Of a DNA stretch of 64,000 nucleotides, positions 49,195-60,050 are shown piece after piece. Each line of letters opens with the position of its first letter. The stretch's first letter is position 1. Source of the stretch: Gammaproteobacteria bacterium (lineage in GTDB: Bacteria > Pseudomonadota > Gammaproteobacteria > DASZBR01); the NCBI GenBank assembly GCA_033763845.1, contig JANRJR010000076.1, positions 4,022-68,021 of the forward strand. Direction: 5' to 3'. Made by a program: the position numbers and the translations under genes. Below the pieces are notes generated by a model that did no database searches, was not told the DNA's origin, and saw nothing but the letters and a program-made list of their open reading frames with translations.

Positions 49195-50419
49195 ACACCT
49201 GCCTTACTTTACTTAATGATTTTATGAAAACATCGACTTCTTCTGGCGTATTATAAAATGCGAGGGACGCACGCGATGTCGCCGGTACTTTATAAAAATG
49301 CATTAATGGCATCGTACAATGATGCCCTGTTCTGATGGCAACACCTTCTTGATCTAAAATAGTTCCGACATCATGTGCATGGATGCTATCAAATACAAAA
49401 CTGACAATGCTGGTTTTATGTTTTGCCGTACCAATAATCTTAATGTCTGAGTATTTGGCTATTTCATCAGAAATGTACTGTAACAATTGATTTTCATACG
49501 CGTGAATATTATTAAGCCCAATGGATTTAACATAATGTATGGCTGAGGCCAATCCAATGGCACCCGACACATCCGGCGTACCAGCTTCAAATTTATGGGG
49601 TATTACATTGTAAGTGGTTTTTTCAAAAGTCACTTGTGAAATCATTTCACCACCACCCTGGTATGGCGGCATTTTTTCTAAATATTCTTTTTTACCATAT
49701 AAAATTCCAATACCCGTTGGCCCGTATAATTTATGACCTGAGAAAACTAAAAAATCACAGTCTAATTTCTGCACATCTACTGTCATGTGAGATACTGCTT
49801 GAGCGGCATCTAATAAAACTGGAATATCTTTTTCATGCGCAGATGTAATAATTTTTTCAACTGGATTAATGGTTCCCAAGGTATTAGACACATAACTTAC
49901 CGCGACTAATTTAGTCTTGTTATTTAACAATTTCTCAAATTCTTCAAAAATAATTTCGCCTTGTTGATTAATCGGCGCGACTTTTAATACAGCACCGGTT
50001 TGTTCACACAACATTTGCCATGGGACAATATTGGAATGATGCTCCATCGTAGAAATAATAATTTCATCACCCGATTTAATATTTGCTCTACCATACGTTT
50101 GCGCAACTAAATTAATCGCCTCTGTCGTGCCACGCACAAATATAATTTCTTCACGGTGTTTAGCATTAATAAAATTTTGGACCGTATCACGGGCAGACTC
50201 AAACAACTCTGTCGCTTTTGCACTCAAGTAATGCACACCCCTATGAACATTTGAATAATTTTTTTCATAACACGAAGAAACCGCGTCAATGACAACTTTA
50301 GGTTTTTGTGTGCTTGCTGCATTATCAAAATAAATCAATGGCTTGGCATTAACCTTTGTCTGCAAAATAGGAAAATCTTGGCGAATTTTTTGAATATCTG
50401 CTGAGCTTAATACTGGCAT
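49184..50419 (-). CDS. sufS: cysteine desulfurase SufS
   Basis: PLP Lys region SGHKLYGPTGIGILYGK and active-site Cys loop RTGHHCTMP. Confidence 0.9.
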   Translation of the reverse strand: MPVLSSADIQKIRQDFPILQTKVNAKPLIYFDNAASTQKPKVVIDAVSSCYEKNYSNVHRGVHYLSAKATELFESARDTVQNFINAKHREEIIFVRGTTEAINLVAQTYGRANIKSGDEIIISTMEHHSNIVPWQMLCEQTGAVLKVAPINQQGEIIFEEFEKLLNNKTKLVAVSYVSNTLGTINPVEKIITSAHEKDIPVLLDAAQAVSHMTVDVQKLDCDFLVFSGHKLYGPTGIGILYGKKEYLEKMPPYQGGGEMISQVTFEKTTYNVIPHKFEAGTPDVSGAIGLASAIHYVKSIGLNNIHAYENQLLQYISDEIAKYSDIKIIGTAKHKTSIVSFVFDSIHAHDVGTILDQEGVAIRTGHHCTMPLMHFYKVPATSRASLAFYNTPEEVDVFIKSLSKVRQVFDV

Positions 50420-51441
50420 AATCTCTCTCGCATTTTTTCATCCGAAATAGACTGGATAACTTTATTTCCAAACGCGTCAATTAATAATTTACGCGCAGCG
50501 TCTTCACTGAGTCCGCGCGAACGCAAATAAAACATCGCTTCGTCATCTAATTGTCCAATCGTAGCGCCGTGTGTACATTTCACATCATCGTAATAGATTT
50601 CCAATTCGGGCTTTGTATCTACTTCGGCATCTGATGATAATAAAATAGTATGGTTTGCTTGATTCGCTTCTGAATGATGCGCATTTTCACGCACAATCAC
50701 TTTGCCATTAAATACGACGCGAGATTTATCGTCTAATACACTGCGATAAAATTCGTTGCTAGTACAATGCCCAACAGCATGATCAATAACCGTATGCTGA
50801 TCCAAATGTTGGCGATGCTTAGAATAGGATAACCCATATAATTCACATCGCGCGTGTTCACCTATAAATTTCACATTAATGTCACTGCGTGCTAATTGTG
50901 AACCCTTTGACAAGGTAAATGTTTGTGCAAACGCATTTTTATGGATATCAATATGTGTTCGACCAATATGAATAGTATTGAGATCATGAGACTGAATTTT
51001 GTAATACTGCAATTTCCCCCCATCACAGACTTGAATATCAGTCACAACATTCATGACATGAGAAACGGTTCCCTGAAATATTTCTATAACAGATGCTGAA
51101 ACATTTTTGGCTAATTTAATGGTTATTTTCGGCTGAACCCATTGAGTGTCTTTACTTTCGTAAATGATTTCCAATGGCTGAGCAAGATTTTCGGTAATGG
51201 TAATACTATAACTCTCAGTATTGAAATATTGATTTAAATTTTCAAATACATCAGCGTTTGTCTTTAATGAGGTATTTTCTGAGGAAATCTTTATTCCAGG
51301 TTGCTGATGGTTATTAAACGCAACCGCTTTATTCGAAGAAAATAAAACGGGTTTCGTCGACAATACCGACACACTGGTATATTTCCAGTTTTCTTCCCGT
51401 GTCGTGGGAAATCCATTTTTGAGGATTTCATCTAATGTCAT
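50407..51441 (-). CDS. sufD: Fe-S cluster assembly protein SufD
   Basis: SufB/D beta-helix domain. Position is between sufC and sufS. Confidence 0.7.
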   Translation of the reverse strand: MTLDEILKNGFPTTREENWKYTSVSVLSTKPVLFSSNKAVAFNNHQQPGIKISSENTSLKTNADVFENLNQYFNTESYSITITENLAQPLEIIYESKDTQWVQPKITIKLAKNVSASVIEIFQGTVSHVMNVVTDIQVCDGGKLQYYKIQSHDLNTIHIGRTHIDIHKNAFAQTFTLSKGSQLARSDINVKFIGEHARCELYGLSYSKHRQHLDQHTVIDHAVGHCTSNEFYRSVLDDKSRVVFNGKVIVRENAHHSEANQANHTILLSSDAEVDTKPELEIYYDDVKCTHGATIGQLDDEAMFYLRSRGLSEDAARKLLIDAFGNKVIQSISDEKMRERLCQY

Positions 51442-52178
51442 TCTTCCACCCAACTATAACCTTTTGATTCTAATTCAAGTGCTAATTGCGCATCACCCGA
51501 CAACACAATTTTACCGTCTGTTAAGACATGTACTTTATCTGGCTTAATATAATTTAATAATCGCTGATAATGCGTAATTAACAATATAGAATGATCCTTA
51601 TTTCGTAGGCCATTAATACCTAATGCAATAATACGTAACGCATCAATGTCTAATCCAGAATCTGTTTCATCTAATAAAGCCAATTTAGGATCCAGCACTA
51701 ACATTTGTAGGATTTCATTGCGCTTTTTCTCACCGCCTGAAAAACCTTCGTTTAATGAGCGGTAAATCATATCCTCATCCATTTCAAGTAATTTCATTTT
51801 TTCTTTGACCAGATTTAAAAAATCCATGGCATCGACTTCGGGTAACTGTCGAGATTTACGCTGTGCATTTAATGCGGTTTTAAGAAAATTAACATTACTG
51901 ACACCCGGGATTTCAACCGGATATTGGAAACCTAAAAATAATCCTGCATGAGAACGCTCTTCAGGCGAAAGGTCTAAGATATTTTTTCCCTGAAATAAAA
52001 CTTCGCCTTGTGATATTTGATAACCCGAACGACCGGCTAAAATATTGGCTAATGTGCTTTTTCCTGAACCATTGGGCCCCATAATCGCGTGTACTTCACC
52101 AGGATTAATAACTAAATTAATGCCACGCAAAATTTCTTTGTTATCGACACTCGCAAAAAGATTTTTGATTTCTATCAT
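51438..52178 (-). CDS. sufC: Fe-S cluster assembly ATPase SufC
   Basis: ABC Walker A GPNGSGKST, signature LSGGEKKR, and Walker B LALLDETDSGLD. Confidence 0.9.
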   Translation of the reverse strand: MIEIKNLFASVDNKEILRGINLVINPGEVHAIMGPNGSGKSTLANILAGRSGYQISQGEVLFQGKNILDLSPEERSHAGLFLGFQYPVEIPGVSNVNFLKTALNAQRKSRQLPEVDAMDFLNLVKEKMKLLEMDEDMIYRSLNEGFSGGEKKRNEILQMLVLDPKLALLDETDSGLDIDALRIIALGINGLRNKDHSILLITHYQRLLNYIKPDKVHVLTDGKIVLSGDAQLALELESKGYSWVEE

Positions 52179-52180
52179 GA

Positions 52181-53626
52181 TTAACCTACAGCCCCTTCTA
52201 AACTGATACCTAATAATTTTTGTGCTTCCACCGCAAACTCCATCGGTAACTCACGAAACACTTGTTTACAAAATCCGTTCACAATTAACGACACTGCGTC
52301 TTCTTCGGATAATCCTCGCTGCTGACAATAAAATAATTGATCTTCACCAATTTTAGAGGTCGTTGCCTCATGCTCCACTTTTGCTGTCGCATTTTTGACT
52401 TCCATATACGGAAACGTATGCGCACCGCAGTGTGAGCCCAATAATAGAGAATCACATTGCGTATAATTTCGTGCATTCTCTGCACTTTTTAATACTTTCA
52501 CCAATCCGCGATAACTATTCTGTCCACGCCCTGCGGAAATACCTTTTGAGATAATGGTACTCTTGGTATTTTTTCCAATATGAATCATTTTCGTCCCAGT
52601 ATCCGCTTGTTGGTAATTATTGGTTAATGCCACAGAATAAAATTCACCGATGCTATTATCTCCACGCAATAGCACACTGGGATATTTCCATGTAATGGCT
52701 GAACCCGTTTCGACCTGTGTCCATGAAATTTTGCTGTTTTCTTCACGGCAATCGCCACGCTTCGTGACAAAATTATAAATCCCGCCCTTGCCTTCTTTAT
52801 CACCCGGATACCAATTCTGTACGGTAGAATATTTAATATGGGCATTTTTCAACGCAACTAACTCAACCACAGCTGCATGTAATTGATTTTCATCTCGGCG
52901 TGGTGCTGTACAACCTTCTAAATAACTCACATAACTGCCTTCTTCGGCAATAATTAATGTTCTTTCAAACTGGCCCGTCATCGCTGAATTAATTCTGAAA
53001 TACGTCGACAATTCCATCGGGCATCTGACACCCTTCGGAATGTAACAAAACGATCCATCACTAAACACAGCGGAATTTAAGCAGGCATAATAATTATCCG
53101 TATGGGGAACAACCGTGCCTAAATACTCTTGAATTAATTCAGGGTGTGTTTGAACCGCTTCAGAAAAAGCACAAAAAATAATCCCCATGCTATTTAATTT
53201 ATCTTTAAATGTCGTCGCAACAGAAACACTATCAAATACCGCATCAACTGCAACACCGGCTAACATTTCTTGCTCTTTCAACGGGATACCTAATTTTTCA
53301 TAGGTCTTCAATAATTCAGGATCAACTTCATCTAAACTTTTAGGACGATTTTTTAATTTGGGCGCGGAATAATAACTGATGGCTTGAAAATCAATTTTAG
53401 GATAATGCACATGCGCCCATTCAGGTTCTGTCATCGTCAACCAGTGGCGGTATGCTTTTAGACGCCACTCCGTCATAAATTCGGGTTCATTTTTTTTCGC
53501 TGAAATGGCACGAATGACGTCTTCATTTAATCCAGGCGGAAACGTATCCGATTCGATATCCGTCACGAAACCGTGCTGGTATTCTTGGTCCATCAGTTGA
53601 TGAATCGCCTCATTTGAGGATGTCAT
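52181..53626 (-). CDS. sufB: Fe-S cluster assembly scaffold SufB
   Basis: 481 aa, colinear with SufB. It is the first gene of the suf string. Confidence 0.9.
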   Translation of the reverse strand: MTSSNEAIHQLMDQEYQHGFVTDIESDTFPPGLNEDVIRAISAKKNEPEFMTEWRLKAYRHWLTMTEPEWAHVHYPKIDFQAISYYSAPKLKNRPKSLDEVDPELLKTYEKLGIPLKEQEMLAGVAVDAVFDSVSVATTFKDKLNSMGIIFCAFSEAVQTHPELIQEYLGTVVPHTDNYYACLNSAVFSDGSFCYIPKGVRCPMELSTYFRINSAMTGQFERTLIIAEEGSYVSYLEGCTAPRRDENQLHAAVVELVALKNAHIKYSTVQNWYPGDKEGKGGIYNFVTKRGDCREENSKISWTQVETGSAITWKYPSVLLRGDNSIGEFYSVALTNNYQQADTGTKMIHIGKNTKSTIISKGISAGRGQNSYRGLVKVLKSAENARNYTQCDSLLLGSHCGAHTFPYMEVKNATAKVEHEATTSKIGEDQLFYCQQRGLSEEDAVSLIVNGFCKQVFRELPMEFAVEAQKLLGISLEGAVG

Positions 53627-53688
53627 AAGTGCTCTCGGTTCGTGTTAGACTGCGGATTATAGCGCAATTGAAGAGAGAAACGTAACGC

Positions 53689-54483
53689 ATGCTGGGTCTT
53701 TTGCTGTATACACTTAACCTTTTGATATCTTTCACTCTCGTGCTTATTATTCTTCCCTTTTCGCTCATGCTTCCTCCGGCAAAACGGCTACTGCTTGCCA
53801 TGCCACGCGCATGGACTCAAGTAAACCGTCTGATTTTGCAGTTAACCACAAAAACCCAGCTAAATCTGCAGCTTCCCGAGGGACTAAGCACTAAAAAGTA
53901 CTACCTGGTAACAGCAAATCATCAAACCTGGACAGATATTATTGTCCTATTTAATACCTTTTCAGGTCGAATCCCCCTACTGAAGTTCTTTCTCAAGCAG
54001 CAATTACGATGGGTCCCCTTGGTAGGGCAAACCTGTTGGATCTATGGATTTCCCTTCTTATACCGAAAAGGATCGACTCAACGCGATATCGCATCGACAC
54101 GAAAAGCCTGTGAGCGCTTCAAAAAAGATCCTGGCAGTTTGATGATTTTCGCAGAGGGCACGCGATTTACACCTCAAAAACACAAAACACAACGCTCCCC
54201 CTATAAACACTTACTAAAACCCAAAGCGGGAGGCATGGCCATTGCATTGGAATGCATGGGCGACAAAATCAATACGCTATTAGATACAACGATTATTTAC
54301 CCTGAAGTGAAACCTACATTTTGGAATTTTTGCCGCGGAAAATATCAAAAAATTTCAGTCATCGTTCGCGAAATTCCCCTAACAAAAGAGTTACGCGGTG
54401 ATTATGAAAAAGATTTAAATTATCGCAAACAGTTTCAGCAATTTTTAAATCAGGTCTGGGCCCAAAAAGATGAACATTTCTAA
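53689..54483 (+). CDS. lysophospholipid acyltransferase (PlsC/LPLAT family)
   Basis: HX4D motif (ANHQTWTDI) and FAEGTRF motif. Confidence 0.6.
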   Translation: MLGLLLYTLNLLISFTLVLIILPFSLMLPPAKRLLLAMPRAWTQVNRLILQLTTKTQLNLQLPEGLSTKKYYLVTANHQTWTDIIVLFNTFSGRIPLLKFFLKQQLRWVPLVGQTCWIYGFPFLYRKGSTQRDIASTRKACERFKKDPGSLMIFAEGTRFTPQKHKTQRSPYKHLLKPKAGGMAIALECMGDKINTLLDTTIIYPEVKPTFWNFCRGKYQKISVIVREIPLTKELRGDYEKDLNYRKQFQQFLNQVWAQKDEHF

Positions 54484-55372
54484 TTTTCTAGTATGGCTAG
54501 TCGCAGGAATATTATGGCTCATTGTCCAATTGCCTTATCGAATCCAATTATATATTGGAAAATATTTAGGGTTAATGGGTTATTATTTTGCGAAACGTGA
54601 ATACCATAACGCGGATATTAATCTTCAAAAATGTTTTCCTGAGCTGGATGCGAAGACACGAAAAAAATTAATCCGAGAAAATTTCATTTCTGCAGGCCAA
54701 GGCACTCTCGAAACGTTATTAGGTTTTTGGGGCTCACCGAAACGGCTAAAAAAATTAATTCATATTAAAAATTTATCCTATATCAAAGAAGCCTTAAAAA
54801 ATAAAAATGGCGTAATTGTTTTTGGCCCGCACTTTACATCGGTACATTTCGCTGGGCGACTATTAAATCTTGAGCATCCTTTCAGCGTAATGTATTTTCC
54901 GCCTAAAAATAATGTTTTTAGAAAAATTACCGAGCGTGCATTACCTCATTGTTATGATCGCGCTATTCCCCGCGATGATGCGCGCGCACTAATTCGAGCC
55001 TTGAAAGAAAACAAAGCGGTATTATATACACCCGATGTTGATGCAGGCCCCAAAGGGTTATTCGTGCCTTTTTTTAATATTCTGGCTTCCACTGTTACAG
55101 CAACATCGCGTTTCGCAGCATTAACCGGCTGCGCGGTAATTGAAGTTCGCTATCATCGACGAACAGACAAAACGGGCATTGATATTGAATTTCAGCAACC
55201 ACTGGATAATTTCCCCAGCCAGGATGAATACCAAGATACACTGCACATTAATCATTTTCTAGAAAATCAAATCCGAGAATTCCCCGAACAATATTTATGG
55301 CAATACAAACGATTCAAAACTAGGCCGAAAGGCGAAAAGGATTTTTATGCCAAATCTACATTGGTTTCGTGA
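54470..55372 (+). CDS. lpxL: lipid A biosynthesis lauroyl/myristoyl acyltransferase (HtrB/LpxL/LpxM family)
   Basis: N-terminal TM, FAKREYHNADINLQKCFPEL, and family length of ~300 aa. Confidence 0.65.
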   Translation: MNISNFLVWLVAGILWLIVQLPYRIQLYIGKYLGLMGYYFAKREYHNADINLQKCFPELDAKTRKKLIRENFISAGQGTLETLLGFWGSPKRLKKLIHIKNLSYIKEALKNKNGVIVFGPHFTSVHFAGRLLNLEHPFSVMYFPPKNNVFRKITERALPHCYDRAIPRDDARALIRALKENKAVLYTPDVDAGPKGLFVPFFNILASTVTATSRFAALTGCAVIEVRYHRRTDKTGIDIEFQQPLDNFPSQDEYQDTLHINHFLENQIREFPEQYLWQYKRFKTRPKGEKDFYAKSTLVS

Positions 55373-56675
55373 AGCTGATTTACGCATTCGCGACAATACT
55401 TCACTTTATCACGCCAGCCAAACAGCTGATGGGCTGATTGGCATTTTTTTGATTTCGCCACAAGAATGGCAAGATTATGATATGGCGCCTATTAGACAAA
55501 ACTTTATATTGCGCCAACTGCATTTACTTCAAACAGAATTAGCTGAACTGCACATACCCTTAATAATTGAAACCATTCACGATAAAAAAGCCATTCCTGA
55601 TTTTTTATTACAATTTGCCCAAACTCATAACATCCAAAAACTATACTTCAACAACCAGTACGAATTAAACGAGCTGAGACGAGATACCATCATCAAACAG
55701 CTCTTTGAGAAAAATAAAATTTCCGTCGAAACCTATACCGATCAAGTTATTTTTGCACCTGGCGAAGTATTAACACAGCAAAAAAAATACTTTACGGTAT
55801 TTACGCCATTTAAAAACCAATTTTTAAAAAAATTATCTGGTCATACTCTTCACATCCACTCGCTTCCAAAAAAGCAATCTAATTTAATCAATATTAAAAT
55901 TAATAAAATTCCAAGCACTCCTGATAATCCGTTATGGCCTGCCGGTGAAAAAGAAGCGACTTCTCGCCTCGCGACTTTTATAAAAAACAAAATAGAAAAC
56001 TATAAAATAGACAGGGATTTTCCGAGCTTAGATGGCACAAGCCAATTGTCGCCCTATTTAACCTCAGGAATAATTTCTATTCGAACTTGCTTTAAAAAAG
56101 CCCTTGAACATTCAAATCATGAAACATGGATATCAGAATTAATCTGGCGAGAATTTTATAAGCATGTCATGAAACTTTTTCCTCGCGTGTGCATGCACAA
56201 GCCCCTCAAATTAATTACAGAAAGAATTCCGTGGGAAAATAATCTAGAACATTTTGACGCTTGGAAAAATGGCAACACTGGTATTCCTATTATTGATGCT
56301 GCTATGCGTCAACTCAATCAAACGGGCTGGATGCATAACCGTTTACGCATGATTGTTGCTATGTTTCTCACCAAAAATTTACTCATCGACTGGCGTTGGG
56401 GTGAAAAATATTTCATGCAGCATTTAATCGACGGTGATTTAGCTGCCAATAACGGTGGTTGGCAATGGGCAGCGTCAACAGGCACTGATGCAGTTCCGTA
56501 TTTCCGTGTATTTAATCCTGAATCACAAACCGAAAAATTCGATCCTGAATTGTTATTCATCAAAAAATATTGTCCTGAGGCGTTGACAAAAAATTACCGC
56601 AAACCTATAGTCGATTTGTCCGCTACACGCAATCGCGCTATTTCCGTTTACAAACGAGTATTTCAACATGCCTAG
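55347..56675 (+). CDS. phrB: deoxyribodipyrimidine (CPD) photolyase, class I
   Basis: HWFRxDLRIxDN N-terminus and C-terminal FAD-binding WREFY...GGWQW...FR(V/I)FNP motifs. Confidence 0.85.
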   Translation: MPNLHWFREADLRIRDNTSLYHASQTADGLIGIFLISPQEWQDYDMAPIRQNFILRQLHLLQTELAELHIPLIIETIHDKKAIPDFLLQFAQTHNIQKLYFNNQYELNELRRDTIIKQLFEKNKISVETYTDQVIFAPGEVLTQQKKYFTVFTPFKNQFLKKLSGHTLHIHSLPKKQSNLINIKINKIPSTPDNPLWPAGEKEATSRLATFIKNKIENYKIDRDFPSLDGTSQLSPYLTSGIISIRTCFKKALEHSNHETWISELIWREFYKHVMKLFPRVCMHKPLKLITERIPWENNLEHFDAWKNGNTGIPIIDAAMRQLNQTGWMHNRLRMIVAMFLTKNLLIDWRWGEKYFMQHLIDGDLAANNGGWQWAASTGTDAVPYFRVFNPESQTEKFDPELLFIKKYCPEALTKNYRKPIVDLSATRNRAISVYKRVFQHA

Positions 56676-57897
56676 AACTTCACACTTTTTTGCAAAAGCA
56701 TCGCCTTTATTTTTAGCTATTTTTATTGACGGGATGGGATTGGGATTATTATTCCCTATTTTAAACACATTATTTGTGGGCCCTCACAGTAATTTCTTAC
56801 CGGCAGATTATTCGACACAGACACGCAATCTTTTATTTGGCTTCACGTTAAGCATATTTATGCTTGCATGGTTTTTCGGTGCCGCTTATTTAGGTGATTT
56901 ATCCGATGCTGTTGGGCGAAAAAAATCATTAATGATAGCGCTATTCGGTGCTTTCTTAGGTTATTTTGTTTCAGCGGTCGCTGTGGGTTTACACAGCTTA
57001 TTATTTTTAATTATAGGGCGAGTCATTGCAGGATTTACGGCGGGTAGTCAAGCGATTGCACAAGCAGCCATCATTGATATCAGCGAACCTGATATGAAAG
57101 CACGCAACATTGGTTTAATTTTAATGTTTGCTTCATTAGGTTTTGTGTTTGGCCCCATGTGCGGTGGATTTTTCTCTAGCACAGAAATTTATTCGGGATT
57201 CACGCTATCGACGCCATTATATTTTGCTGCACTGATTTCATTACTCAATGCGGCATTATTATTCTGGCTATTCAAAGAAACCTTTAAAACGCGTGCGAAA
57301 ATGCATTTAAAATTTCACCGCGCGATTGGGATTTTTATTTCGGCTTTTCGAAATCATAAAGTCAGATATTTATCATTTGTATTTTTATTAATGTTACTCG
57401 GCTGGGGATGTTTCTATTCTTTTATATCGCTTTTTTTAACGAAACAACTTTTCTTTAGTCCTGCTCAGGTCAATATTTTTATGGTGCTGTTGGCGCTAGG
57501 TTTTTGGGCAGGATTTGGTTTTATTGTGAACTGGATTGTTCACCATCTTTCAACAAAGCAGACCATTATTTCTGCATTATTACTTTGCGGGATCATCAGT
57601 TTTATCATCGCGTTGTCTACACAACCCTGGATAATGTGGCCTATTGCGATTTTAATCGGCATGACTGTTTCAGTCCCGTATTCCATGATGATTGCGGTAT
57701 TTTCAAATCAAGTGGATGAGAATTCTCAAGGTTGGGTGATGGGAATTACCAATGCGATTGGGTCAGGTGCCTTTGCGATAGCGGGCTTCGGTGGCGCATG
57801 CCTTGCAAATCATTCAGCAAGCTTACCTATTTCAACTGCCGCTGTATTTTTCATATTAAGCGGATGGGCGATGATGTATAGCAAGATTAAAGCCTAA
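56668..57897 (+). CDS. MFS transporter
   Basis: 12 predicted TM helices and a G-R-x-x-G-R-K-like loop (DAVGRKK). Confidence 0.7.
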   Translation: MPRTSHFFAKASPLFLAIFIDGMGLGLLFPILNTLFVGPHSNFLPADYSTQTRNLLFGFTLSIFMLAWFFGAAYLGDLSDAVGRKKSLMIALFGAFLGYFVSAVAVGLHSLLFLIIGRVIAGFTAGSQAIAQAAIIDISEPDMKARNIGLILMFASLGFVFGPMCGGFFSSTEIYSGFTLSTPLYFAALISLLNAALLFWLFKETFKTRAKMHLKFHRAIGIFISAFRNHKVRYLSFVFLLMLLGWGCFYSFISLFLTKQLFFSPAQVNIFMVLLALGFWAGFGFIVNWIVHHLSTKQTIISALLLCGIISFIIALSTQPWIMWPIAILIGMTVSVPYSMMIAVFSNQVDENSQGWVMGITNAIGSGAFAIAGFGGACLANHSASLPISTAAVFFILSGWAMMYSKIKA

Positions 57898-57903
57898 TAA
57901 TTA

Positions 57904-58851
57904 TTACTCCAAAAACATAGAACTCACAGATTCTTCTTCATTAACTCGACGAATAATCTGCGCTAACATTTCGCCAATGGTTAATTGACGAATTTTTTTG
58001 GATTTTTTCGCAGCGGCAGATAACGGAATCGTATCTGTCACAACAACTTCATCTAATTCTGATTCTTCTATATTTTTTATGGCATCACCTGACAAAACGG
58101 CATGTGTACAATAGGCTTTTACTGAACTTGCACCTTCTTTTTTCAATACTTTTGCAGCGGCGCATAATGTTCCTGCCGTATCCACAATATCATCCATTAA
58201 TAAACACGTTCGGTCTTTTACATCACCAATGATATTCATGACTTCAGCATGATTAGCACGCGGACGACGTTTATCAATGATCGCTAAATCCGCTTCGTTT
58301 AATAATTTTGCAATGGCACGCGCACGAACCACACCACCCACATCCGGTGATACCACAATTAAATTTTTATATTTGCGTTGACGAATATCGGCGAGCATTG
58401 AAGATGTTGCATAAACGTTGTCAACGGGAATATAGAAAAATCCTTGAACCTGATCCGCATGTAAATCAACCGTTAATAATCGATTAATGCCCACTTTAGA
58501 CATCATGTCTGCAACGACTTTTGCCGTAATGGGAACACGCGCAGAACGTACACGTCGGTCTTGTCTTGCATAACCAAAATACGGAACCACTGCAGTAATT
58601 CTTGCGGCCGACGCACGACGTAATGCATCCGCCATAATAATTAATTCCATTAAATGATCATTAGTCGGTGCACACGTAGGTTGAATAATAAAAACATCGC
58701 GACCACGAACATTTTCCAAAATTTCTACCATCGTTTCGCCATCACTGAAACGACTTACTGTTGCTTTTCCTAAAGGGATTTTTAAAAACTCAGCGACTTT
58801 CTCTGCTAAAGGCAAATTCGCATTACCACTAAAGATCATCATGTTGGACAC
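57904..58851 (-). CDS. prs: ribose-phosphate pyrophosphokinase
   Basis: [17 protein letters not shown]..., PRPP-binding loop, and divalent cation site. Confidence 0.95.
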   Translation of the reverse strand: MSNMMIFSGNANLPLAEKVAEFLKIPLGKATVSRFSDGETMVEILENVRGRDVFIIQPTCAPTNDHLMELIIMADALRRASAARITAVVPYFGYARQDRRVRSARVPITAKVVADMMSKVGINRLLTVDLHADQVQGFFYIPVDNVYATSSMLADIRQRKYKNLIVVSPDVGGVVRARAIAKLLNEADLAIIDKRRPRANHAEVMNIIGDVKDRTCLLMDDIVDTAGTLCAAAKVLKKEGASSVKAYCTHAVLSGDAIKNIEESELDEVVVTDTIPLSAAAKKSKKIRQLTIGEMLAQIIRRVNEEESVSSMFLE

Positions 58852-58882
58852 AGTAAGTTCCTAAGCAAAGCATAAGAATCAA

Positions 58883-58957
58883 TGGCTGGGGTGCTAGGAT
58901 TCGAACCTAGGAATGCCGGGATCAAAACCCGGTGCCTTACCACTTGGCGACACCCCA
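58883..58957 (-). tRNA. tRNA-Gln (anticodon TTG)
   Basis: Reverse complement is TGGGGTGTCGCCAAGTGGTAAGGCACCGGGTTTTGATCCCGGCATTCCTAGGTTCGAATCCTAGCACCCCAGCCA. U1-A72, anticodon loop TTTTGAT. Very close to the E. coli tRNA-Gln sequence. Confidence 0.9.
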
Positions 58958-58984
58958 ATGGATGAAGACTGGAGCGGTATTCAA

Positions 58985-59452
58985 TCAAAAAAACTGCCAC
59001 TTATCAATAAAAATCCGAAGATAAAGATTTTGATGCGCTACCGTCATTAATTTTGGCATGCCATCTTGATGATAAGACTGGTATTGGACTGCCCAACCCG
59101 GAACAGATTTGGTTTTTATACCCTTCAGCCAATCAATCAGTTGGCTCACCGGCAGTGAATAATCGCCCAAGATTTGTTTGGAAACCAATCTGTCTGTCGA
59201 ACGACCTTTTAATTCTGTCGCTCCTAAACCCAGTGGCCCATAAAGACGAACATCAAATTGCCCGGCTTCTTGTTGCCAATCCATCGACGCTGTTTCAATT
59301 TTATCTTGATAACGAACTAAAATCTTACCTTGCGCTCTCCAATGTTCTGACGCTTTGGGATTGACCGGATGAAACGTCGAAACCGTTGCACACGATGATA
59401 GCCACACAAAAACCAGTGGAAAAAGAATCCACCTAAACAGTTTATTCATCAT
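58985..59452 (-). CDS. lolB: outer-membrane lipoprotein LolB-like
   Basis: Lipobox LSSCA. lolB-(ispE)-prs neighbourhood. 155 aa, shorter than typical LolB. Confidence 0.5.
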   Translation of the reverse strand: MMNKLFRWILFPLVFVWLSSCATVSTFHPVNPKASEHWRAQGKILVRYQDKIETASMDWQQEAGQFDVRLYGPLGLGATELKGRSTDRLVSKQILGDYSLPVSQLIDWLKGIKTKSVPGWAVQYQSYHQDGMPKLMTVAHQNLYLRIFIDKWQFF

Positions 59453-59479
59453 AAAGCTCTCTGCTATACTCGCGCATCT

Positions 59480-60046
59480 TTAAGATGCCGGGGTGGCGGA
59501 ACTGGTAGACGCGCCGGACTCAAAATCCGGTGATGGCGACATCGTGTCGGTTCGATTCCGACCCTCGGTACCATTATTATTTTTGGCTAGCATCTGATTC
59601 AATTGAACAAACCAATCTGTGACTAAGCGTTTGTTTGCACCAAAATCGTAAAATCCATAACGTGATCGACTATACACAACCAATGTTGATGTTGTATCCG
59701 ACAACGCTACAAATTGAACCATAATATCTGTCGGTAAATTGAAAAAAATCGGACGTTCTTCTAAAAAAAATTGTCCTTGTTCAGGAATACTGTTAACAAA
59801 ACGCACTGTCGGTTGCGTCGAGACAATTTGATTAAAGGCATTAAATAAATCTTCAGCAGATGCGGGAAAAACAGGCGAATATGCATTTGGCAATACATTA
59901 CAAAACTTATCCGGACACACCAAGTAATAATTGGGATAAGATGGCAGTTGAATAGATTGAAAATTGGTCATATTTGATCGTGAACATGAAACTAGCAATA
60001 AGCTGAAAAGTGCAACTAACCATACTTTCATACGTTTTCCTTTCAA
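59480..60046 (-). CDS. DUF1499-like lipoprotein
   Basis: Lipobox LVSCS. The ORF's last ~30 codons run antisense through tRNA-Leu because no stop codon occurs before 59480. Confidence 0.5.
   Translation of the reverse strand: MKGKRMKVWLVALFSLLLVSCSRSNMTNFQSIQLPSYPNYYLVCPDKFCNVLPNAYSPVFPASAEDLFNAFNQIVSTQPTVRFVNSIPEQGQFFLEERPIFFNLPTDIMVQFVALSDTTSTLVVYSRSRYGFYDFGANKRLVTDWFVQLNQMLAKNNNGTEGRNRTDTMSPSPDFESGASTSSATPAS
59487..59573 (+). tRNA. tRNA-Leu (anticodon CAA), class II with long variable arm
   Basis: GCCGGGGTGGCGGAACTGGTAGACGC...GACTCAAAATCC...GGTTCGATTCCGACCCTCGGTACCA. Colinear with E. coli tRNA-Leu(CAA). Confidence 0.9.
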
Positions 60047-60050
60047 GAAT

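Noticed and set aside
53610-53801. 63-aa minus-strand ORF in the sufB / acyltransferase divergent region
   Set aside because: It overlaps the sufB start and the acyltransferase start, has no Shine-Dalgarno, and has an odd composition. It is likely spurious.
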